A stretch of 64,000 nucleotides of DNA from Caulobacteraceae bacterium (GCA_028290905.1 JAQGIW010000170.1:17091-81090); one strand, 5' to 3'; positions 48,062-57,258 are shown, counted from the stretch's first letter. Notes: a model not told the origin generated them from the letters alone. Translations and numbers: made by a program.

Positions 48062-49876
48062 ATGAAGTTCGCGAACGTCGTCGCCATGGTTGTGGCCTGC
48101 GCCGCGCTTCCGGGCGTCGCCGGAGCGGCGGCCTGCGGCGTCGGGCTCATCGCCGACCTCAAGGTGACGATGCAGGACACGACGCCGCTGGTGCGGGCGA
48201 AAATCAACGGCGAGGAGGTGTCGCTGGTCGCCGACAGCGGGGCGTTCTTCAGCACACTGTCCGAGGGCACGGTGGCGCAGTTCAAGCTGCCGATCGTGGC
48301 GACCAATCCCTTCGCCTACTCCGAAGGTATCGGCGGCAGGCAGTCGATCTCGATCACCAAGGTCAAGGCGCTCACCATCGCGGGCCAGACCTTGCCGAAC
48401 GTCCCGTTCACCATGAGCGACAATGAGTTGGCGCCGGGGGTGGCCGGCCTAATGGGCCAGAACGTCCTCGGCTATGCCGACGCCTACTACGACCTGTCCA
48501 ACGGCTCCATCAAGCTCACGCGCCCCAGGGGCTGCGGCGACCATCCGTTTGTGCTGTGGGAGGCCTCCCGCCCCTACTCGATGATCGCGCTCGACGCTCC
48601 CGATAGTCCGTTCAAACGGACCGCGGGCGAGGCTTTCGTCAACGGCAAACGGGTCCGGGTGCTCTTCGACACCGGCGCCTCGACCTCCCTCTTGTCCCTC
48701 GACGCGGCGCGGCGCGCGGGCGTCGAGACGGCCGGCGCCGACGTCACCTCGGCGGGCGTCGAGCGGGGGATCGGAAGGCGGATGATCCAGAGTTGGGTCG
48801 TGCCGGTGGCGAGCTTCAAGATCGGCGACGAGGAGGTGCGCAACACGCGGCTGCGGATCGCGGCGATGTCGCTCGCGGACATCGACATGCTGCTCGGGGC
48901 CGATTTCTTCCTCTCGCATCGTGTCTATGTCGCCAACAGCCAGCGCCGCATCTACTTCACATACAACGGCGGCCCGGTGTTCAACCTGGCGACGCCGCTC
49001 GTGGCGGACACCGGCCCCGCGACGGCCACCGGGTCGACGCCGGACAAGGCCGGAGACAAGCCTGGGGACAAGCCTCCCTCGGCGCCGCGGGACGCGCGGG
49101 CCGAGCCGACCGACGCCGACGGTTTCAGCCGCCGCGGGACGGCGTTCGCCGGCCGCCGGCAATTCGCCCCCGCGATCGCCGACCTGACGCGCGCCACGGC
49201 CGTGGCCCCGATGGAGGCGAAGTACTTCACGCAGCGCGCTGTGGTCTACCTGGAGGACGGTCAGCCCGTGCTGGCCATGGCGGATCTGGATCAGGCCCTG
49301 AAGCTGCAGCCCGACGACGTTCAGGCCCTGGTGACCCGCGCAGAGCTACGCATCTCAGAACGCGCGATGGCCGGCGCCGAGGCGGACCTCGCCGAGGCGG
49401 ACCGGATTCTTCCCAAGGAGGCGGACATCCGCCTGAGCATTGCCCATCTCTACGACAGCGCCAACGCCGACGCCGAGGCGATCGGCCAGTTCAGCCTGTG
49501 GATCAAGGCTCATCCCGACGACAATCGCCTGCCCCAGGCCCTAAACGGGCGCTGCTGGCTGCGCGCCCTATGGAACATCGACGCCGACAAGGCCGTCGCC
49601 GACTGCGACGGCGCCATCCGCCGGGCCGGAAAGGTCGCCGCCTTCTACGACAGCCGGGGCCTGGCGCACCTGCGGCTGGGCGAAAACGACCGCGCCATCG
49701 CCGACTACGACACCGCACTGGCCCTGCAGCCCAAGATCCCATGGTCGCTCTATGGCCGCGGCGTCGCCAGGCTGCGCAAGGGCCTGACCGCCGAGGGCAA
49801 GGCCGATATCACGGCAGCGGTTTCCCTCGCCCCGGAGTTGGCCGCCCAGGTCAAGACTCACGGCCTGGATCGGTAG
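48062..49876 (+). CDS. secreted protein with two retropepsin-like aspartyl-protease domains and C-terminal TPR repeats
   Basis: Signal peptide. A first domain with LVADSGAFFS, a second with LFDTGASTSLLS, then about six TPR-like repeats. Confidence 0.7.
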   Translation: MKFANVVAMVVACAALPGVAGAAACGVGLIADLKVTMQDTTPLVRAKINGEEVSLVADSGAFFSTLSEGTVAQFKLPIVATNPFAYSEGIGGRQSISITKVKALTIAGQTLPNVPFTMSDNELAPGVAGLMGQNVLGYADAYYDLSNGSIKLTRPRGCGDHPFVLWEASRPYSMIALDAPDSPFKRTAGEAFVNGKRVRVLFDTGASTSLLSLDAARRAGVETAGADVTSAGVERGIGRRMIQSWVVPVASFKIGDEEVRNTRLRIAAMSLADIDMLLGADFFLSHRVYVANSQRRIYFTYNGGPVFNLATPLVADTGPATATGSTPDKAGDKPGDKPPSAPRDARAEPTDADGFSRRGTAFAGRRQFAPAIADLTRATAVAPMEAKYFTQRAVVYLEDGQPVLAMADLDQALKLQPDDVQALVTRAELRISERAMAGAEADLAEADRILPKEADIRLSIAHLYDSANADAEAIGQFSLWIKAHPDDNRLPQALNGRCWLRALWNIDADKAVADCDGAIRRAGKVAAFYDSRGLAHLRLGENDRAIADYDTALALQPKIPWSLYGRGVARLRKGLTAEGKADITAAVSLAPELAAQVKTHGLDR

Positions 49877-49886
49877 GCCCGGCGGA

Positions 49887-51707
49887 CTATTCGGCGAGCG
49901 GCGCGCAGGCCTCCGCCAGCCAAGCCCTCACGTCCTCCGGAACCTGCGGCCCGACGACTTCGAGCACGCGGGCGTGATAGGCGTCGACCTGGGCGCGTTC
50001 TTCGGCCGTCAGCATGCCGACGACGATCAGCCGGCGGTCGATGGGGGCCATGGTCAGGGTTTCGAAGCCGAGCATTGGCCGCTCGCCGCCCGGGATAGGT
50101 TCGGCGGGCGTCACCACCTGCAGGTTCTCGATGCGGATGCCGTAGGCGCCTTCCTTATAGTAGCCGGGCTCGTTGGAGACGATCATGCCCGGGCGAAGGG
50201 CCACGGTGTTGTTGACCTTGGCGATCCGGTGCGGACCTTCGTGGACTCCGAGGTACGAACCCACCCCATGGCCAGTGCCGTGGTCGTAGTCGAGGCCCGC
50301 GGACCAGAGCGGCGCGCGGGCCAGGGCGTCAAGGGCGGGGCCGGTGGTCCCGGCCGGGAACCGCACCCGGGCCAGCGCCAGATTGCCCTTCAGCACCAGG
50401 GTGAAACGCTCGGCCATCTCGGGCGACGGATCGCCCATGGCCACCGTGCGGGTCACGTCGGTGGTGCCGTCGAGGTACTGGCCGCCGGAATCGATCAGCA
50501 GCAGGGATCCGGGCTCGGTGCGCCGGTTGAGCCGGCGGCTCGGATGATAGTGGCAGATGGCGCCGTTGGCGGTGGCCCCGGCGATGGTGTCGAAGGAAAG
50601 GTCCTTGAGAGCGCCCGTGGCTTCACGGAACGCCTCCAGCCTGGTCACCGCCTCCAGTTCGTCCGGCAGGGTGCGCTGGCCCTCCGTCCCCAGCCAGTGC
50701 AGGAACCGCGTCAGGGCCGCGCCGTCGCGGGCGTGGGCGCGGCGGCTGCCCTCGATCTCCACGGCGTTCTTGCAGGCCCGGGGGAGGGCGGTGGGATCGG
50801 CGCCGCGCACCACCTCCGCCCCGGCCCCTGTCAGCGCCTCGAAATACCAGGCGGACGATTGCGCCGGGTCGACCAGCACCTTGCTGCCCTTCAGGTTTTC
50901 CAGCGCCAGCCCGAGATCCTCCGGCGTTTCCAGCCGGACCTCGTTGCCGAGCCACGCCGGCAGCTCGGGGGTGACCTTCGCCGGGTCGAGGAAGAGGCGC
51001 GCGCTCCCGTCGGCGTTGAGGATGGCCTGGCCGAGGGGCAGGGGCGTGCGGATGACGTCGCCGCCGCGAATGTTGAACAGCCAGGCGATCGAGGCGGGCG
51101 ACGTCAGCACCGCCGCCTCGGCGCCCGCGTTTGCCAGGTCCGCGCCGATGCGCGCGCGCTTGGCCGAGGACTCCTCGCCGGAATACTGCAGCGGATGGGG
51201 GACGATCGGCGCCTTGGGCTGCGGCGGGCGCTGCTCTCCCCAGGCGGCGTCCAGGGGATTGGTCCGGACGGGCTGCAGGCGCGCCCCGGTTCGCGCGGCC
51301 GCGTCGCTGAGGTGGGCCAGGGCGTCGGGGCTGTGCAGGCGCGGATCGTAGCCGATCTTCCAGCCGGGCCTCGCCGCCTCGCGCAGATAAGCCGGCACGC
51401 CGCCGTCCACGAGGTCGCGGATCTCGAACACCTCGTGGTCGACCTGGTCGCGGACCTGGATGGCGTAGCGCCCGTCGACGAAGACCGCCGCCTTGTCCTT
51501 CAGGATCACCGCGGCCCCGGCCGAGCCGGTGAAACCCGTGGCCCAGGCCAGGCGGTTGTTGGCCGCGGGCAGGTACTCGTTCTGGTGCTCGTCCTCGTGC
51601 GGCACGAGGAAGCCGTCCAGATCCTGCTCGGCCATCTTCTGGCGGATCAGCGGCGTATGGAGCGGCCCGAAGGACGGGTCGGCGGATTCATCGAAGGACT
51701 GGCGCAT
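49887..51707 (-). CDS. aminopeptidase P family (Xaa-Pro aminopeptidase, M24B)
   Basis: 606 aa. DSGGQY, HGTGHGVG, and SNEPGYY ... GIRIEN metal-ligand motifs. Confidence 0.85.
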   Translation of the reverse strand: MRQSFDESADPSFGPLHTPLIRQKMAEQDLDGFLVPHEDEHQNEYLPAANNRLAWATGFTGSAGAAVILKDKAAVFVDGRYAIQVRDQVDHEVFEIRDLVDGGVPAYLREAARPGWKIGYDPRLHSPDALAHLSDAAARTGARLQPVRTNPLDAAWGEQRPPQPKAPIVPHPLQYSGEESSAKRARIGADLANAGAEAAVLTSPASIAWLFNIRGGDVIRTPLPLGQAILNADGSARLFLDPAKVTPELPAWLGNEVRLETPEDLGLALENLKGSKVLVDPAQSSAWYFEALTGAGAEVVRGADPTALPRACKNAVEIEGSRRAHARDGAALTRFLHWLGTEGQRTLPDELEAVTRLEAFREATGALKDLSFDTIAGATANGAICHYHPSRRLNRRTEPGSLLLIDSGGQYLDGTTDVTRTVAMGDPSPEMAERFTLVLKGNLALARVRFPAGTTGPALDALARAPLWSAGLDYDHGTGHGVGSYLGVHEGPHRIAKVNNTVALRPGMIVSNEPGYYKEGAYGIRIENLQVVTPAEPIPGGERPMLGFETLTMAPIDRRLIVVGMLTAEERAQVDAYHARVLEVVGPQVPEDVRAWLAEACAPLAE

Positions 51708-51758
51708 GACGGGTATTTAGGGCCGCCGCTCACCAGACGCAAAGTCAGGAGCCAACCG

Positions 51759-52493
51759 TCAAAGGGCCATGCCGCCGTCGACCGTGAGGTCGGCGCCGGT
51801 GACGAAGCTGGCGGCGGGCGAGGCGAGGTAGAGGGCGGCCTCGGCGATCTCGCGCGGCTCGCCCATGCGGCGCATCGGCGTGGTCTTGACCAGGACCTCC
51901 ATCATCCGTTCCGAATTGCCGTCGTTCATCGGCGTGTCGATGACGCCGGGACAGATGGTGTTGACCCGGATCTTATAGCGGGCCAGCTCGAAAGCGGCGG
52001 CCTTGCTCATGCCGCGCACCGCCCATTTGGTCGAGGCGTAGGCGAACAGGCTGCCGGCGCCCTTCAGCCCGGCCACCGAGGCGATGTTGATGATCGAGCC
52101 GCCGCCGGCCTGTTTCATCGGCTCGATCACCGCGCGCATGCCGAGGTACACGCCCAGCTGGTTGACCCGGTACAACCGCTCGTAGAGCTCCGGTTCGGTG
52201 TCCTCCAGCCGCAATGCCCGAACGATCGCGGCGTTGTTGACCAGGATGTCGGTGCGGCCGAATGCTTCGAGGGTGGCGCGGACGACTTCGGCCCAACCCT
52301 CGGGCGAGGCGACGTCGTGGGCCACGAACCGCGCCGCCGCGCCGATGTCGGCCGCGACCCGCGCGCCCTGATCGGCCAGGATGTCGGTCAGGACGACCCT
52401 GGCGCCCTCCTCGGCGAACAATCGCGCCTCGGCCTCGCCCTGGCCTCGCGCGGCGCCGGTGACAATCGCCACCAGACCATCCAGACGTCCCAT
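51759..52493 (-). CDS. short-chain dehydrogenase/reductase (SDR)
   Basis: VAIVTGAARGQG, NNAA, and YASTKWAVRG catalytic motif. 244 aa. Confidence 0.85.
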   Translation of the reverse strand: MGRLDGLVAIVTGAARGQGEAEARLFAEEGARVVLTDILADQGARVAADIGAAARFVAHDVASPEGWAEVVRATLEAFGRTDILVNNAAIVRALRLEDTEPELYERLYRVNQLGVYLGMRAVIEPMKQAGGGSIINIASVAGLKGAGSLFAYASTKWAVRGMSKAAAFELARYKIRVNTICPGVIDTPMNDGNSERMMEVLVKTTPMRRMGEPREIAEAALYLASPAASFVTGADLTVDGGMAL

Positions 52494-52551
52494 GCTGTCT
52501 CCCTCGCGATTTTGTTATTTGTTTTGGCGTGCGTTTTTTCGGAACGCCGGC

Positions 52552-53409
52552 TCAGATTTCGGCGAGGTGGGCGGTCGGGAACGGGTCCCCGTCCGACAGG
52601 TCCGCGTAGACACCGGCGAGCGCCTCGTCGTTGCCGGCCTTCTCGCCGCGCACATCCCGCACGCCGCCGTCGAAGTGGACGTCGGGACCCAGGAACCGCA
52701 TCGAGATCGTCCGCCGCCGCATGCCCTCCACCGTCCCGGCGCCGCCGTGCAGCGTCCCAAGGTGGAACACGATGATGTCGCCCGGGGTCACGTCCCAGGC
52801 CACGATATCGAAGTCGCGCCGACGAGCCTGGATGTCCGGCAGGCGCGGCAACGGGGAATGTTTGTAGAGCGGGGCGGTTTCGTCGTCGTCCGCGAACGCC
52901 GAGCCGTTGAAGAGCACGCCGCGGTGCGAGCCGCGCACGAACTCCAGGCAGTGCTCCCGGGGCAGGGGATCGAGACTGATCCAGCAGGCCACCAGCTGGG
53001 CGCCCTTCATGCGCAGATAGGAGGTGTCCTGATGCCAGGGCGTCCGCCGGCTCTGGCCGCCTTCCTTCAGGAACAGCTGCTCGCCCAGGTACCAGAAGCG
53101 GTCTTCGCCCCAGAGGGCGGCCAGCATGGTGTCCATTCCGGTCCGCCGCGCCAGATCGGCGTGGCGCTGTCCGCGATCCTCGAAGAAGGTCGCGGACGAG
53201 CCCGGGTAGAACCGGCGCGCGCCGGGCGTGGGATGGGCGAGGCTGTCGTTCACGGCGGCCTCGACCTTGGCCAGGGCGTCCGGCGTCAGGGCGCCGGCCA
53301 GGCGGATGACGCCATCCCGATCCAGGTCGCGCGCCGCGGCCCGCCAGTCGCGCGGCGGAAGCAGGCTCAGGGGGACGCGCCGCGATGTCTGCGTCGACTG
53401 ATCGTTCAT
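52552..53409 (-). CDS. phytanoyl-CoA dioxygenase (PhyH) family Fe(II)/2-oxoglutarate oxygenase
   Basis: WHQDTSY (HxD facial-triad region) and a distal LHGG. 285 aa. Confidence 0.75.
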   Translation of the reverse strand: MNDQSTQTSRRVPLSLLPPRDWRAAARDLDRDGVIRLAGALTPDALAKVEAAVNDSLAHPTPGARRFYPGSSATFFEDRGQRHADLARRTGMDTMLAALWGEDRFWYLGEQLFLKEGGQSRRTPWHQDTSYLRMKGAQLVACWISLDPLPREHCLEFVRGSHRGVLFNGSAFADDDETAPLYKHSPLPRLPDIQARRRDFDIVAWDVTPGDIIVFHLGTLHGGAGTVEGMRRRTISMRFLGPDVHFDGGVRDVRGEKAGNDEALAGVYADLSDGDPFPTAHLAEI

Positions 53410-53413
53410 AGTT

Positions 53414-54208
53414 TCACTCCGGGACCCGTGGCCAGGGCGCCTCGTTCAGGAAATCCTCGACGAGGTCGATGAAGGCACCCTCCGCCTCGACCATCGGCAG
53501 GTGCCCCGCGTCGGCGATCACCGCGGTGCGCGCGTGCGGCAGAGCCGCGGCCCAGGCCGCCTCGTAGGCGGGCGGGGTCAGGCCGTCGGCGTCGCCGTGG
53601 ATCACCAGGGTCGGGGCGGTCAGGTAGGGCAGGCGGCGGGCCAGGCCCCGGTCGGGGATCGGCCACATGAACTTGCTGGCGGCGGTCAGGTTGATCGTCC
53701 GGAACTCGGCGGCGGTGTCACCCAGCGCAGGGTCGAAGGCCGAGGTCTCCCGGGCGGCGCAGGCGGGATCGCGCCATTTGACGGCGGCGAGGGCGGCGGG
53801 GACCAGCAAGAACGGATCGGGCAGGGGGGCGTCGTCGAGCCACAAGCCGTAGGGGTCCACGAGGACCAGCCGGCGCACCAGCTGCGGCGCGAGCACGGCC
53901 AGTTCGGCGGCGAACATGCCGCCCAGGCAGTGGCCGACCAGGTCCACCGGGCCGCGCCCCCAACCCTCGACCAGGGCCCGATAGTAGAGGATCAGGTCCT
54001 GCAGGTCGGTCAGGCGATCGAAACCGGTCGAGGCGCCGAAGCCGGGATGCTCCGGCGCCAGGATCTGGTGGTCGCCCGAGAGCCTTTGCAGATAGGGCGC
54101 GGCCCCGGGATGATGCTCGAAGCCGTGCAGGTAGACGAGCGGCGGCCCGGCCCCGCCGCTCCAGATGCGGACGTCGAAATCGCCCAGGCGCATGCGGCTC
54201 TGGATCAC
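53414..54208 (-). CDS. alpha/beta-hydrolase with Cys at the nucleophile-elbow position
   Basis: LVYLHGFEHH and then the elbow VGHCLGG where GxSxG is expected. Late Asp and His candidates are present (HGDADG, DAGHLP). Confidence 0.8.
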   Translation of the reverse strand: MIQSRMRLGDFDVRIWSGGAGPPLVYLHGFEHHPGAAPYLQRLSGDHQILAPEHPGFGASTGFDRLTDLQDLILYYRALVEGWGRGPVDLVGHCLGGMFAAELAVLAPQLVRRLVLVDPYGLWLDDAPLPDPFLLVPAALAAVKWRDPACAARETSAFDPALGDTAAEFRTINLTAASKFMWPIPDRGLARRLPYLTAPTLVIHGDADGLTPPAYEAAWAAALPHARTAVIADAGHLPMVEAEGAFIDLVEDFLNEAPWPRVPE

Positions 54209-55473
54209 TCAGCGGCCTCGAAAACGTTCTTCGGGGCCGCTGACGACCGGGCAGCGATGCGCTGCTGGCTGATCGGCGGCGTCCAGTGGTCGGGCTGGTC
54301 GGCCCAGAGGTCGCGCAGGTGGGGAATGACCTGGGTTCCGAACAGGTGGGTGTTCTCGGCGGCGGTCTCCTCGCAGAGATCGCCCATGTGCAGGCAGCCG
54401 ATCAGCTGGCCGATGCGCAGGTCCTTGGCCAGCTCGCGCACGCGCTGGCGAACCCGCTGCGGCGTGCCGGCGATGATGTAGCCCTTCTCGTCATATTCCC
54501 AGAAGCTCATCTCGCCCTTCTGGGCGCGGGCGCGATCCTCCGGGCGCAGGTTGGGGGCGTTTCTTAGGTGCGCCGCCATCGCCTGCTGCGAGCGGATCGT
54601 GGTGTAGCCGGGCGCCATGGTAAACTTGGGGTCGAGGGTGTTCATCCGGTAGAAGTAACGCACCGCATCGTAGTATTTCGCCTCCGCCTCGGCATCGGTG
54701 GCGGCGCAGCAGATCAGCTGGGTGAAGGCCATGCGGTGCGGGTTCGTGTCGCCGCCGCGCGCCGCCACATAGTCCCAGTAGGCGTCGACCATCGGCTTGG
54801 CCGAGTGCAGGCCCGAGAACGACAGGTGGCCGTAGCAATAGTTCTCGTCGATCACCAGGTCCCAGGTCTCCAGGCTGCCCGAGCCCGGCACCCAGATCGG
54901 CGGCCGCTGCTGGATGGGCTTGGGCCACACATTGACGTAGCGCAGCTGGGTGTATTTGCCGTTGAAGGCGAACGGTTCCTTGGCCTCCCAGGCGCGCAGG
55001 ATCAGCCCGCGGGCCTCGTGGAAGCGGTCGCGCAGTTCGGGCGGCGGGTTGCCGTAGGCGAACACCGAGTCCATCGGCGTGCCGAACACGAAGCCGGCGA
55101 TCACCCGCCCGCCGGAGACGCAGTCCAGATAGGCCATCTCCTCGGCGACGCGGGTAGGCGGATTGTAGAGAGCCAGGCTGTCGCCGATGATCAGGATGGC
55201 GGCGTTTTCGGTGGTCGAGGCCAGGCTCGCCGCCAGCAGATTGGGCGACGGCGTCATGGCGAACGGCGTCTGATGGTGTTCGTTGACCGCCAGTCCGTCG
55301 AAGCCGTCGCGGTCGGCCTGCTGCATCAGGCGGATGAACATGCGGTAGGTCTCGCCGACCTTGACCGGATCCATGAGCTCGGTGGGCGTGTTGACCCAGC
55401 TCGACAGGCCCCGCGCGGGAAAGTCGTCGGGGAGGTGCGGATAGGTCGCCTCGGCGAACCAGTGAAACTTCAT
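54205..55473 (-). CDS. LLM-class (luciferase-like) flavin-dependent oxidoreductase
   Basis: MKFHWFAEATYPHLPDDFP N-terminus and VNEHHQTPF. 422 aa. Its stop overlaps the next start (ATGA). Confidence 0.85.
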   Translation of the reverse strand: MKFHWFAEATYPHLPDDFPARGLSSWVNTPTELMDPVKVGETYRMFIRLMQQADRDGFDGLAVNEHHQTPFAMTPSPNLLAASLASTTENAAILIIGDSLALYNPPTRVAEEMAYLDCVSGGRVIAGFVFGTPMDSVFAYGNPPPELRDRFHEARGLILRAWEAKEPFAFNGKYTQLRYVNVWPKPIQQRPPIWVPGSGSLETWDLVIDENYCYGHLSFSGLHSAKPMVDAYWDYVAARGGDTNPHRMAFTQLICCAATDAEAEAKYYDAVRYFYRMNTLDPKFTMAPGYTTIRSQQAMAAHLRNAPNLRPEDRARAQKGEMSFWEYDEKGYIIAGTPQRVRQRVRELAKDLRIGQLIGCLHMGDLCEETAAENTHLFGTQVIPHLRDLWADQPDHWTPPISQQRIAARSSAAPKNVFEAAE

Positions 55474-55594
55474 GTTCCGTCGCCTCCCGGCCCAGGACGC
55501 AAACCTCTAACGTGTTCTAACTTCATTGCAACGGCCCCTATCTCCTCCCCCACAGGGGGAGAGGGACCCGGCGGGGGGAGAGACGCGTGTGCGG

Positions 55595-55865
55595 CTACCG
55601 ATCAGCTTGCGGTCTCCAGTCGGGGCGGCCGGCCCGCCAGAAGACGAAGGCGATCTGGTCGGCGTTGAGCAGGTCGCCCTGGCTGCGCGTCGAGCCGATC
55701 CCGTGGCCGGCCTGTTCGTCGATGCGCAGGGGCACGGGGTTGGGATCACCCGAAGCCTCGAGGGCGGCGGCGAACTTGGCCGGTTCCCAAGGGGATACCC
55801 GGGGGTCGTTTAGCCCGGTGGAGATCGTCACCGGCGGATAGGCGACGCCCGGAAACGGTGGCGAG
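55595..55865 (-). pseudogene. C-terminal fragment of an S9 prolyl-oligopeptidase-family serine peptidase
   Basis: YPPVTISTGLNDPRV ... AGHGIG carries the catalytic Asp and His region only. About 600 residues including the Ser nucleophile are missing. An in-frame stop lies just upstream. Confidence 0.7.
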
Positions 55866-55961
55866 GACGAGGGCGAGGCGTCGCATTCTGTTTATCCCAA
55901 AGGCTCAGGGCTTCCTGAACGGTGGCCGAGGGCTTGGCAAGCGGCAGTCACTGTGCGCCCG

Positions 55962-56096
55962 GGCAGGTTTTGGCCGGTTCCCGGCAGGGTCCTGGCAGGC
56001 CCTGGGCAGGCGAAATGTCGATCGCGGCTGGCGGCGGGCCGGCTCCTGGCAGTTCCCCGGCTCCGTCGGGCAGGCGCCGGGCAGGTTTCGGGCAGG
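55962..56096 (+). repeat. two arrays of helically phased GGCAG(G/T) sites
   Basis: Site starts at 55962, 55983, 55994, 56005 and at 56048, 56069, 56080, 56091. The spacing pattern +21, +11, +11 occurs twice, 86 nt apart. Confidence 0.5.
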
Positions 56097-56118
56097 CGCT
56101 CGGCCCCCGCTCCGCGCC

Positions 56119-56523
56119 TCATTCCACCGCCCTCCCCGCCGCCGCCTTCGCCAGGTTGCCGAATTCATCAGCAATATCAGCCTGATCGAGGCGACGAGCG
56201 TCGGCCATGGCGCCGTGCAGACGGGAGGCGTCGAGAAGGGCGAGGCGCGCCTCCTTGAGCAGGGACGCGTTCTCCGAGGCCTCGCCGGCCTTGGCCATCC
56301 GCAGCAGCGTGGCGATCACCTTGTGAGGGCTGACGTCTTCCGCCTCGTTGCGCTGGACACGCAGCTCGGCGATCCGCTGGGCGACCTCCGGCCGCCGGGC
56401 CAGGCGGCTGGGATGACCCTTGTTGAGCACGAACCCGGCGTCCTCGTAGGCGTCGTCCAGGCGCGCGCCCTTGGCCCGGGCCTGGGCGAAGGATTCGTAG
56501 CGGGTGTTGGTGAGGGTGGGCAT
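56119..56523 (-). CDS. phage terminase small-subunit-like protein (orphan)
   Basis: N-terminus MPTLTNTRYESFAQARAKGARLDDAYEDAGF resembles the HTH start of Terminase_2-type small subunits. No large subunit or other phage genes are nearby. Confidence 0.45.
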   Translation of the reverse strand: MPTLTNTRYESFAQARAKGARLDDAYEDAGFVLNKGHPSRLARRPEVAQRIAELRVQRNEAEDVSPHKVIATLLRMAKAGEASENASLLKEARLALLDASRLHGAMADARRLDQADIADEFGNLAKAAAGRAVE

Positions 56524-56551
56524 CAGGGGTGGTCGCCTTTCGGACCGAGGG

Positions 56552-56589
56552 TTGATTGCAAAGCACATGGTATTGCAAATTGCAATCAA
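56552..56589. promoter_or_regulatory. nested palindromic TTGCAA operator-like site
   Basis: TTGATTGCAA (56552-56561) and TTGCAATCAA (56580-56589) form an inverted repeat. ATTGCAAATTGCAAT (56572-56586) is a perfect 7-1-7 palindrome. Lies about 30 nt upstream of the terS-like start. Confidence 0.45.
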
Positions 56590-57230
56590 TGTCAAGCCCC
56601 GCACCGACGCCTGCCGTCGCCCCTGACGCCGTCCGGCACGCGCCGCATGGCGGTTCTTGGGCTCTTAGGCGAAACTCGGAGAGTCCGCTTCCGGGCTGCT
56701 CCCTCTTGGGCACGCAAGAACGACCGGCGGCGATGTCCTTGTCGTCGAGCTCGACCCGCATCTCGACGCGTTGTCGACCGGATTCGGTCTCGTCGAACCG
56801 TTTCGTCGAAGGGAAGTACGCCGTCGGTCACCCCTACGGTGTCATGTGCGGCTTCAGCCCGAACGATTTGACGACTGAAGCCTCGGCGCTGGCAATCTAT
56901 ATCTCAACCGAGGAATACGCTCGCCGCCTCTGCTGCGTCAGCGACGCGGAAGGAAAGGTAGTCACCATGCCGTCGCAGGCGAATTCGGCTTTGGTGAAAT
57001 TCGACACGAACCATAAGCGGCCGGGCGTCGGCACAGGCGCGCCAATCGTCTTACTCCATACGTTGCTTCCCTGCACGCGACTCGACCCACCGAAGTCGAG
57101 GTCCCTGAGGCCGCCGAACGCCAAGGCGAAATCGCCGAGGCTGCGGCGGGGCAGGACACAACTAGATGGCTGACTTAGCATGGAGGCCCACAGCGAAGAC
57201 CAACAAGGGCGGAGCACCCTCCTGCGAGCT

Positions 57231-57258
57231 ACGGGTTCAGTTCCCGGACCGTGCGCCA
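57231..57258 (+). other. tRNA 3'-end-like fragment (T-arm, acceptor strand, CCA); possible att scar
   Basis: ACGGGTTCAGTTCCCGGACCGTGCGCCA has a GGTTCAGTTCC T-loop-like core and ends in GCCA. No matching 5' acceptor strand or anticodon arm lies upstream. Confidence 0.3.

Noticed and set aside
52494-52551. AT-rich spacer with a GGCGT...ACGCC hairpin as a terminator after the PhyH gene.
   Set aside because: The stem is only 5 bp with a 13-nt loop. On the transcribed (minus) strand it is followed by an A-rich run rather than a U-rich run. It is more likely just the promoter region of the downstream SDR.
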